IMG/VR virus record: IMGVR_UViG_3300017909_004705
DNA from: a virus
Taxonomy: Duplodnaviria > Caudoviricetes
Strand: one strand, 5' to 3'
DNA length: 64,000 nt
Part shown: one piece after another, positions 56,516 to 64,000 of the stretch
Position numbering within the stretch: the stretch's first letter is position 1
Layout of the letters: the number at the start of each line of letters is the position of its first letter
Program-made: the position numbers and the translations under genes
Notes under the pieces: model-generated
Told to the model about the DNA's origin: nothing
Seen by the model: the letters and a program-made list of their open reading frames with translations, nothing else
The model's database searches: none

Positions 56516-58621
56516 ATGGACGATCAAGAACTTATAAAAAAACTGCTGGAAGAACTGCAGAAACTAAATCCTTCTCGTGATCAGGCAAAAAAAAGGCAAC
56601 TTGCCCAAAAAGAATTAGAGGCCTTGCAGAAGAAATTACCACTTACCACCAAAGAGCGTGATATACTAATACAGCAATTAAAGGTATCTAAAGAGTTACT
56701 TAAAAACGACCAGGAACAGGTCAAAACAATCGACGAGGCAATAAAGTCACAGGAAAACTTGTCCAAGGCAAATGCCGACATGGTCGACATCTTGGAGAGA
56801 GTTGGCAACAGTTTCGTAGGTCTTGGCAAGGCGGCGTTCAGAGGTGAGGGTAGCATAAGTGCATTCACTGACAATGTTTTAGGCCTACAGACACTGGGCA
56901 ACAGGTTAGATGTCAACATAGAAACATTCAGGCAACTTTCACAGACAGGTGCAAACTTTGGACAGTCGATAGTTCAATTGAGGACGGCGGCGGCGGAAGC
57001 GGCACTGCCACTCGATGACTTTGCTTCATTGGTTGCAAACAATTCACAGAATTTGGCGGCTCTGTTCGGATCAACAACACAAGGTGCACAGGCCATAGCA
57101 AGGTTAGGAGCCATAACGAGAGAAGTCGGTATAGAAAGATTGGCACCATTAGGACTTACAGTTGATGAGATCAACGAGACGCTACTATTAAATTTAGATT
57201 CTCAGAGAAGAACAGGAATATTAGGCAGACTTACTGATCAGCAAAGAACCCAGAGTGCCATAAATTTCGCTGAACAGTTAGATAGGCTGGCAAAACTGAC
57301 AGGTCAACAGAGAGATGAACTACGAGCACAGATAGAACAGCAACAGAGTAACGAAAGATTCCAAGCGGCACTGCAAGGGCAAACAGATGAAACACGTCAA
57401 AGACTCCAAGCGTTCGCGGGAACAGTGGCGGGCATTAGTCCAGAGTTGGCAGAAGGCTTCCAAGACTTGATTGCAAACGCAGGAGTCCCGGTTACTGAAT
57501 CAGCGTTAGCACTTGTCCAAAACATTCCAGAGGCACAAGGAATTATTAGAAGCCTCATCAATGGAACTGTGTCGGCGGAACAAGCATTGGTCGGAATAAG
57601 AGATGTGTCAGCGGCGAGCATAGATAGATTTAGGAAAGCCACTGTAACAGGACAAGTTGAGTTCTTGGCACTACAAGGTGGTATTATAAATTTAGGAAGA
57701 AGAATTACAGACACAGGTGCAGTGATAGACGAACAAAACGCATCAACATCGAGCCTGGTAAGGAATTTAACATCATTCGAACAAGCATCTAAAGTTCTAT
57801 CAAGCCAGTTTCAATCGATTGAAACAGGATTACTACAGGCATTTGGACCAGCACTTGGTGGATTGATTGGTGGCATTCAAGGAATAATGGGAGGCACAGG
57901 AGGAATAGCACAGGCACTGGCCAAGGCACCTTATCTCACTGCAACTCTATTTGCCGGAGCACTGACAGGCAAGTTCCTTTTCAACAAGGCCTCACAGATA
58001 GGAATAATTGCCGCAGGTACTAGGATAGGAACGCAAGGTCTCGGAAAAACAATCGGAAGCATAACGCAAGGTTTCAAACCAGGAGGAGCCATCAGAAGTG
58101 CGGGAGGCTTTTTGGGCAAAGTAGGTCTTGGAGGCATTGGAGCGGCCGGACTTGCAGTATCTGGAGGAATAGCAGGCGGAGACACTCCTATGGAGAAATT
58201 TGCAGGTGTGGCAGGATCCGCGGCATCGGGTGCTTTACTTGGATCAGTCATTCCTGGTGTTGGCACAACTGTTGGAGCAGTACTAGGCGGTCTGTATGGA
58301 TTGGTCAAGGCATCAGGCGCCATGGAGTTTGGTGGCAACATGGAGGCTGGTAAAACTTACCTCGTTGGTGAGCGAGGACCAGAATTTATAACTTCAAGCA
58401 CAGGAGGAACTGTAACCGCTAACAACGATCTTAAGGAAACATTTGACACTACTGCTTTAGAGACAAAAATGGCGGCGATGAGCACTGAACTCAATAATGC
58501 AAATAAGGCTCTTGCATCTATGGTAAACGGCGTAAATACACTTGTTGCAGTCGAATCCAGGGCCTTGAAAGCAGTTGAAACAACGGCTAGAAAAGATCGT
58601 AATCAGGTCGGGCTTGTTTAG
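56516..58621 (+). CDS. Tail tape measure protein
   Basis: Long helical A/Q/L-rich sequence, LAKLTG..R motif, Gly-rich hydrophobic segments, YLVGERGPE motif; adjacent to the chaperone genes. Confidence 0.78.
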   Translation: MDDQELIKKLLEELQKLNPSRDQAKKRQLAQKELEALQKKLPLTTKERDILIQQLKVSKELLKNDQEQVKTIDEAIKSQENLSKANADMVDILERVGNSFVGLGKAAFRGEGSISAFTDNVLGLQTLGNRLDVNIETFRQLSQTGANFGQSIVQLRTAAAEAALPLDDFASLVANNSQNLAALFGSTTQGAQAIARLGAITREVGIERLAPLGLTVDEINETLLLNLDSQRRTGILGRLTDQQRTQSAINFAEQLDRLAKLTGQQRDELRAQIEQQQSNERFQAALQGQTDETRQRLQAFAGTVAGISPELAEGFQDLIANAGVPVTESALALVQNIPEAQGIIRSLINGTVSAEQALVGIRDVSAASIDRFRKATVTGQVEFLALQGGIINLGRRITDTGAVIDEQNASTSSLVRNLTSFEQASKVLSSQFQSIETGLLQAFGPALGGLIGGIQGIMGGTGGIAQALAKAPYLTATLFAGALTGKFLFNKASQIGIIAAGTRIGTQGLGKTIGSITQGFKPGGAIRSAGGFLGKVGLGGIGAAGLAVSGGIAGGDTPMEKFAGVAGSAASGALLGSVIPGVGTTVGAVLGGLYGLVKASGAMEFGGNMEAGKTYLVGERGPEFITSSTGGTVTANNDLKETFDTTALETKMAAMSTELNNANKALASMVNGVNTLVAVESRALKAVETTARKDRNQVGLV

Positions 58622-58622
58622 G

Positions 58623-58651
58623 TTGCTAAATGTATAAAAAAAGTGTAATAT
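58623..58651 (+). promoter_or_regulatory. Sigma70-like promoter TTGCTA-N17-TAATAT before portal
   Basis: 17-bp spacing within the short tape measure-portal gap. Confidence 0.4.
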
Positions 58652-58656
58652 AAAGC

Positions 58657-60387
58657 ATGGCTTGGAAAAAATATTTTAAAGACGCTAACCTTTCGCCAAT
58701 ATCTGGTGAGAAAGTACCCAACTTCGCAAAGAGGAACTACAGTTCTTACTTGCCAGACGTGTACACAGGACACCCCAACAGGATACAGAGGTACTTCCAG
58801 TATGACCAGATGGATTCAGATTCTGAGATCAATGCGGCACTGGACATACTAGCAGAATTTTCAACACAGAAGAACACAGAGAACGAAACTCCATTTGATC
58901 TTGTGTTCAAGGATGAGACCACAGAGCATGAAGTGAAACTTCTTAAGAAGGCTTTGCAACAATGGACAAAATCTAACAAATTCAACAAAAGGATATTTAG
59001 GATCTTCAGGAACGCACTGAAATACGGAGACTGTTTCTTTGTGAGAGACCCCGAAACACAAAAATGGTTATACATCGACAACGCAAAAGTAGATAGAATT
59101 GTTGTCAACGAATCTGAGGGCAAGAAACCTGAACAGTATGTCATCCGAGACATCAATCCAAACCTACAGAGATTGAGTGCAACACAGATAACACCAAACC
59201 AAACATATGGTGGTGGTGGAACAACAGGTGGTGGTACAGCGGCGTACGGATCAAGTTATGCAAACGCAGGTGCAACGAACAGCCTATCAGGATTTGCGGG
59301 TGCCACAACAGGCGGAAGATTCTACAAGACAATGAATGCCTACAATATTAATGCAGAGCATGTAATACACATGTCCATGTCGGACGGTTTAGACAACTTG
59401 TTCCCGTTCGGACAGTCTGTTTTAGAACAAGTGTTCAAAGTTTACAAGCAGAAGGAATTATTAGAAGATGCAATCATAATTTACAGGGTTCAGAGAGCAC
59501 CAGAGAGGAGGGTGTTCTACATAGACGTGGGTAACATGCCTACACACTTGGCGATGCAATTCGTTGAAAGAGTTAAGAACGAGATAAACCAAAGAAGAAT
59601 TCCAAGTGCATCTGGTGGTGCAAACTTTATTGATGCAACATATAATCCGATGTCGATCAATGAAGATTACTTCTTCCCACAGACAGCAGAAGGTAGAGGA
59701 TCTAAAGTCGACACGCTTCCAGGTGGTACAAACCTAGGAGAGATAGATGACTTGAGATTCTTCACAAACAAACTGTTTAGAGGTTTGAGGATACCAAGTT
59801 CATACCTACCAACAGGTGCAGAGGATGGACAGCAACAGTACAACGACGGAAGAGTCGGTACTGCTTACATACAGGAACTGAGGTTCAACAAATATTGTGC
59901 CAGATTGCAAAGCATGTTGGCGGAAACTTTTGATGAGGAATTTAAATTATGGGTCAAAACAAAAGGCTACAACATTGATAACTCAATGTTTGAAATAAAA
60001 TTAAATCCACCGCAGAACTTTGCACAATACAGGCAGACTGAAATGGACCAAGCAAGGGTAAACACATTTACAGCGGTTGCAGAATTGCCTTACATGAGTA
60101 AGAGATTTGCACTGAAGAGATATCTCGGCCTGACTGAAGAAGAGATGGCGAGAAATGCTGATCTATGGGCAGAAGAAAATAATATTCCACAGAAAAAACA
60201 GACTAAAAATGCACAACTGCGTACAGGTGGCATAACACAGTCGGGAATAGCTGGAGATCTTGATCAATTCGAAGAGCCGACAGCAAGTCCTGATGCACCA
60301 GAACCAGGATCACCACAACCAGGACAACCAGGACAAACGCCAGGTGGACAGACTCCGGGCGGTACAGGCGGCGGCGGACAGGTATAA
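58657..60387 (+). CDS. gp20: Portal vertex protein, T4 gp20-like
   Basis: LEDAIIIYRVQRAPERRVFYIDVGNMP, EDYFFP..AEGRGSKVDTLPGG.NLGEIDD, ELRF.K. Confidence 0.95.
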   Translation: MAWKKYFKDANLSPISGEKVPNFAKRNYSSYLPDVYTGHPNRIQRYFQYDQMDSDSEINAALDILAEFSTQKNTENETPFDLVFKDETTEHEVKLLKKALQQWTKSNKFNKRIFRIFRNALKYGDCFFVRDPETQKWLYIDNAKVDRIVVNESEGKKPEQYVIRDINPNLQRLSATQITPNQTYGGGGTTGGGTAAYGSSYANAGATNSLSGFAGATTGGRFYKTMNAYNINAEHVIHMSMSDGLDNLFPFGQSVLEQVFKVYKQKELLEDAIIIYRVQRAPERRVFYIDVGNMPTHLAMQFVERVKNEINQRRIPSASGGANFIDATYNPMSINEDYFFPQTAEGRGSKVDTLPGGTNLGEIDDLRFFTNKLFRGLRIPSSYLPTGAEDGQQQYNDGRVGTAYIQELRFNKYCARLQSMLAETFDEEFKLWVKTKGYNIDNSMFEIKLNPPQNFAQYRQTEMDQARVNTFTAVAELPYMSKRFALKRYLGLTEEEMARNADLWAEENNIPQKKQTKNAQLRTGGITQSGIAGDLDQFEEPTASPDAPEPGSPQPGQPGQTPGGQTPGGTGGGGQV

Positions 60388-60401
60388 GGGTAAATACTGA
60401 T

Positions 60402-60644
60402 ATGAAACTCAACGAATTTTTCACATATGGTGCAGACGGCTTCCAACAAGACAAAACTTACGAGCCGGAACACGATATTTCAATCTTGGATTCAGAAGAC
60501 ACACGAAAAACACGTTTGACACTCAAACAAATCAACTCTATGAGACTTGCATCTGAGGAACACGATGCACAGCAGAAGGAAGAAGCAGTTTTTGTTCAAA
60601 AGATGTACGGACAGCCTGCACAAGACGATAACTTACAGTTATAA
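60402..60644 (+). CDS. Hypothetical head-module protein
   Basis: DTRKTRLTL.QIN; TAAATA at 60391-60396 upstream. Confidence 0.7.
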   Translation: MKLNEFFTYGADGFQQDKTYEPEHDISILDSEDTRKTRLTLKQINSMRLASEEHDAQQKEEAVFVQKMYGQPAQDDNLQL

Positions 60645-61279
60645 TGTCATCAATAGCATTCGTATTAGGAAACGGTGAATCACGTAGGGGGATCGAAATA
60701 AATGATCTCATAGCGAAGGGCACGGTGTTTGCCTGTAATGGTGTGTACAGAACACACAGACCGCACTTCTTAATCGCGGTAGATCCAAAGATGATCAAAG
60801 AGATAGCCGAAACGGATTACATGATACACAATAAAGTGTGGTCAAACTACAATGCACAATACAGCAAATATCAAAAAGTTCTCGATCACTGCAACTGGTT
60901 TAAACCAAGCCTGGGTTGGTCGAGTGGTCCAACTGCACTTAGGATGGCGTGTGAGCATGGATTCAAGGAGATCTACGTGCTTGGCTTTGACTATCAAGGA
61001 CATCTACAAGAAGGCAAAAATCAACATTACAGATTCAACAACGTGTTCAAGGATACAAGGAACTATAAAAAAAGCAACGAACAGGCAACCTTTCATGGCA
61101 ACTGGCTAAACCAAACTAAACGTTGTGTGCAAGATTTTCCTGATACGCAGTTTCACAGGATCGTTCCAAAAGGCTGGTTCATCCCCAAAGATCTACAGGG
61201 CAAATTCACCAAAGGAAACATAGATCATCCAACGATAGAAGAATTTCTCGAAAAATTCAACCTAGAATTAAAAAAATAG
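60644..61279 (+). CDS. Maf/DUF115/GT42 (CstII-like) nonulosonic-acid-transferase-like protein
   Basis: VLGNGES, FACN..YR, LIAVD, SSGPTAL..A...GFKEIYVLGFD. Confidence 0.6.
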   Translation: MSSIAFVLGNGESRRGIEINDLIAKGTVFACNGVYRTHRPHFLIAVDPKMIKEIAETDYMIHNKVWSNYNAQYSKYQKVLDHCNWFKPSLGWSSGPTALRMACEHGFKEIYVLGFDYQGHLQEGKNQHYRFNNVFKDTRNYKKSNEQATFHGNWLNQTKRCVQDFPDTQFHRIVPKGWFIPKDLQGKFTKGNIDHPTIEEFLEKFNLELKK

Positions 61280-61387
61280 GCAAAAAGACACCTTTTAGCG
61301 CCAATTATCACACCGTTTTTACGCTTTATTTGTAAATACAAACACTTATAAGTACAAATCGACTATAAAACAAGGAGCACGTGTAAA

Positions 61388-62377
61388 ATGTCAAACAATA
61401 AATTTGAATCGTTATTAGAGTTGCTAATAAACGAAGAAAACGATAAAGCAGAGGCTTTATTCCATGAAATCGTTGTAGAAAAATCAAGAGATATCTACGA
61501 AAATCTAGCAGACGAAGAAGTTACTGCAGAAGCGATGCATGACAAGAAAATGAAAAAAGAAGATGAAGTTACAGAAACTGAAGCATCTGATGAAGCAAAA
61601 GTAGAAGAAACTGCTGAAGAGAAAGTAGAAGAAACTACAGAAGAAGCAAAAGATGAAGAAGTAAAAGAAACTTCAGAAGAGTCTAAAGAAGATCAAGTTG
61701 ATGAAGTTGCTGAAATCGAAGACGAAGCAACAGAATCAGAAACAACTGAAGAAGAATCAATCGAAGAAGTAGGCGGTGACGCAACTGACGAATTGGTTAA
61801 AGACATATCAGCAGACGAAGAAGGCGCTAAAGAAATGAACATGGACATGGAAATGGACAAAGACATGGACAAAGACATGGACGGCGACAAAGGCGACGAA
61901 GATATGGAAGACAGAGTTGTTGACTTAGAAGACGCTTTAGATGAATTAAAGGCTGAATTCGAAGCAATGATGGGCGACAAGAAAGATGACAAAGAAGAAA
62001 AAGAAGATGAGTCATTAGAAGTTGCACCAGAGTTAACTCCAGAAGTTGAAATGGAAGGCAAGAAGGACATGGGTAAGAAAAAAGAAGACATGAAAGAGTA
62101 CAAAAACCCAGTAAGCGCCGACACTGCTGACCACTCAGACAGCGGAAAATCACCAATTGGTACAGCTAACAAACCACTTAACTCAGCAAACGCTAAAAGT
62201 TTAAACCAAGGCCAGGCTGACAGTGGCGACAGAGCGGCACCAACTGCACAAAAAATGGGTGAATTTGAGAACTCGCCAGGCAAAGCGAAAGGTACTTCAA
62301 TGAAAAAAGAAGTAAAACCTGCTACTGCTGACGGTTCTGACAAATCTGCAAAATCTCCAGTTATTTCTAGAAAATAA
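61388..62377 (+). CDS. Acidic prohead core/scaffold-type protein
   Basis: Extremely Glu-rich; LFHEIVVEKSR.IYE and EDRVVDLEDALDELKAEFE; lies between portal and protease. Confidence 0.7.
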   Translation: MSNNKFESLLELLINEENDKAEALFHEIVVEKSRDIYENLADEEVTAEAMHDKKMKKEDEVTETEASDEAKVEETAEEKVEETTEEAKDEEVKETSEESKEDQVDEVAEIEDEATESETTEEESIEEVGGDATDELVKDISADEEGAKEMNMDMEMDKDMDKDMDGDKGDEDMEDRVVDLEDALDELKAEFEAMMGDKKDDKEEKEDESLEVAPELTPEVEMEGKKDMGKKKEDMKEYKNPVSADTADHSDSGKSPIGTANKPLNSANAKSLNQGQADSGDRAAPTAQKMGEFENSPGKAKGTSMKKEVKPATADGSDKSAKSPVISRK

Positions 62378-62405
62378 TTGTTGATTTAGAGGAGGAGATC
62401 ATTGG

Positions 62406-63035
62406 ATGTCACTATACCTTAGAGAGAATCTAACATTTGATCAGGCCAGAGTACAGATCTTGCACGAGGGCGAACACGGCAAGGATTTGTACATGAAGGG
62501 AATCTGTATTCAAGGTGGAATCAAGAACGCTAACCAAAGAATTTACCCAGTAAATGAAATTGGAAAAGCAGTGAAAACACTTAATGACCAGATCGGATCA
62601 GGATACTCTGTTTTAGGTGAAGTGGATCACCCAGATGATTTAAAAATTAATTTGGACCGTGTGTCTCACATGATAACTGAGATGTGGATGGACGGACCAA
62701 ATGGATATGGTAAGATGAAAATCCTACCAACACCGATGGGCCAACTTGTCAAAACTATGTTGGAATCAGGAGTGAAACTAGGCGTATCAAGTAGGGGAAG
62801 TGGAAACATTTCTGAGTACGGAAGCGGTGAAGTTTCAGACTTTGAGATCATCACAGTAGATGTTGTGGCCCAACCTTCGGCACCAGGTGCTTACCCAACG
62901 CCAATTTACGAACACCTTATGAACACCAAGGGTGGTAACATGGTAAAAGGGTTGGCCGCTGAAGTTAGAAATGACCCAAAAGCACAGAAGTATCTAAAAG
63001 ATGCTTTAACAAACATAATAAAGGACCTAAAATAA
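62406..63035 (+). CDS. gp21: Prohead protease, T4 gp21-like
   Basis: NANQRIYP, GEVDHP, RVSHMI, GVSSRGSG, DVVAQPSAPGAY. Confidence 0.95.
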   Translation: MSLYLRENLTFDQARVQILHEGEHGKDLYMKGICIQGGIKNANQRIYPVNEIGKAVKTLNDQIGSGYSVLGEVDHPDDLKINLDRVSHMITEMWMDGPNGYGKMKILPTPMGQLVKTMLESGVKLGVSSRGSGNISEYGSGEVSDFEIITVDVVAQPSAPGAYPTPIYEHLMNTKGGNMVKGLAAEVRNDPKAQKYLKDALTNIIKDLK

Positions 63036-63036
63036 C

Positions 63037-64000
63037 ATGATAGACGCAATATCAAAACTTGTTGAATCAGGAGCAATCTCAGAAGACGTTCAAAAGAGCA
63101 TCCAAGAGGCTTGGGATTCAAAAATCAAGGAAAACAAAGAACAAGTAGGTGCAGAGTTAAGAGAAGAGTTTGCTAAAAGATACGAACACGACAAAGCAAA
63201 CATGATCGAGGCTATCGATTCTATGATGAACGAGAAATTATCTGAAGAGATCACAAAGTTCGTTGAAGACAGAAAAGCACTTGCACAGGAAAAAATTGCT
63301 TACAAAGAAAACGTAGGCAAACACTCTGCTAAATTAGAAGAATTTATTCTTTCTAAATTGAACGAAGAGTTAAAAGAGTTACACGGCGACAGAAAAAATG
63401 TACATGAAAACTTTAAGAAAATGGAAGAGTTTGTAGTAAACGCTCTTGCAAAAGAAATTAAAGAGTTCCATGAAGACAAAAAAGGCGTTGTGGAAACGAA
63501 AGTCAAACTAGTAGCCGAAGCCAAAAAACAAATGGCTAAGATGAAAGAGGCTTTCATAACAAGATCTGCTAAAGTTGTAGAGAATGCAGTGAACAAAAAA
63601 CTTGCTGAAGAGTTAAAATCTCTGAAGGAAGACATTACATCTGCTAGAGAAATCAACTTTGGTAAGAAAATATTCGAGGCGTTTGCTTCTGAGTACCAGA
63701 ATTCTTACTTAAATGAGAAATCTGAGACTGCGAAGTTAATGAAAGTTGTGGATGAAACTACAATGAAATTAAAAGACGCTGAGAAAGCCGTCGAAGAGAA
63801 ACAAGCGGTGATTGAGTCGAAAGAAGCCGAGTCCAAAAGACAGGCAGACTTGATGGAACGTAAGGAAAAGATGGCTGAGATGCTCAAACCGTTGGGCAAA
63901 GAAAAGAGTGAGGTAATGAGCCAGTTGTTAGAATCAGTTCAAACAGCAAAACTTCAGGCTTCATTCGACAAGTATCTACCACACGTGATGGCTGACAAAC
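63037..64000 (+). CDS. gp22: Prohead core scaffolding protein, T4 gp22-like (truncated by window end)
   Basis: Not in the ORF track. MIDAISKLVESGAISEDVQKSIQEAWDSKIKENKEQVGAELREEFAKRYEHDK..., coiled coil, NFGKKIFEAFASEY; follows gp21. Confidence 0.85.
   Translation, partial: MIDAISKLVESGAISEDVQKSIQEAWDSKIKENKEQVGAELREEFAKRYEHDKANMIEAIDSMMNEKLSEEITKFVEDRKALAQEKIAYKENVGKHSAKLEEFILSKLNEELKELHGDRKNVHENFKKMEEFVVNALAKEIKEFHEDKKGVVETKVKLVAEAKKQMAKMKEAFITRSAKVVENAVNKKLAEELKSLKEDITSAREINFGKKIFEAFASEYQNSYLNEKSETAKLMKVVDETTMKLKDAEKAVEEKQAVIESKEAESKRQADLMERKEKMAEMLKPLGKEKSEVMSQLLESVQTAKLQASFDKYLPHVMADK

Noticed and set aside
61841-61882. ATGGACAAAGAC tandem repeat (MDKD)
   Set aside because: Ordinary low-complexity slippage in a disordered acidic core protein.
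1-64000. tRNA/rRNA genes, integrase or transposase, alternative genetic code
   Set aside because: None recognised by eye; long ORFs are intact under the standard code and all three stop codons are used as terminators.

Overview
This window is a 64 kb segment of a large T4-like (myovirus, probably jumbo-type) dsDNA bacteriophage genome. The host is probably a marine alphaproteobacterium, judged only from the captured trxB. The minus strand (1-45870) carries a baseplate/tail-fibre module: gp48/54-, gp53-, gp27-, gp5-, gp25- and gp6-like genes, a 4308-aa giant baseplate protein, three paralogous fibres and a Gly-rich Hint-domain adhesin. This runs into a ~14 kb tailoring-enzyme cluster of three glycosyltransferases, five tandem radical SAM enzymes with N-terminal SPASM/twitch-like Cys motifs, an SGNH-like protein, a methyltransferase, a GNAT-like protein, TrxB and a carbamoyltransferase, plus two unannotated paralogous micro-ORFs. 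Next come gp55/gp47/gp46, two more radical SAM genes, an Hc1-like histone-like gene, a GIY-YIG nuclease, a ~430-nt structured non-coding region, an ATE/Bpt-like transferase, a tail chaperone pair with a -1 slippery site, the tape measure gene and the head module (portal, Maf/GT42-like transferase, core, protease, scaffold). The main hypothesis is a phage-encoded virion post-translational decoration system (glycosylation plus radical SAM tailoring), with a strongly over-represented D-G-S-T motif in the giant baseplate protein as the candidate acceptor sequon. All calls come from reading motifs by eye; no database searches were run.
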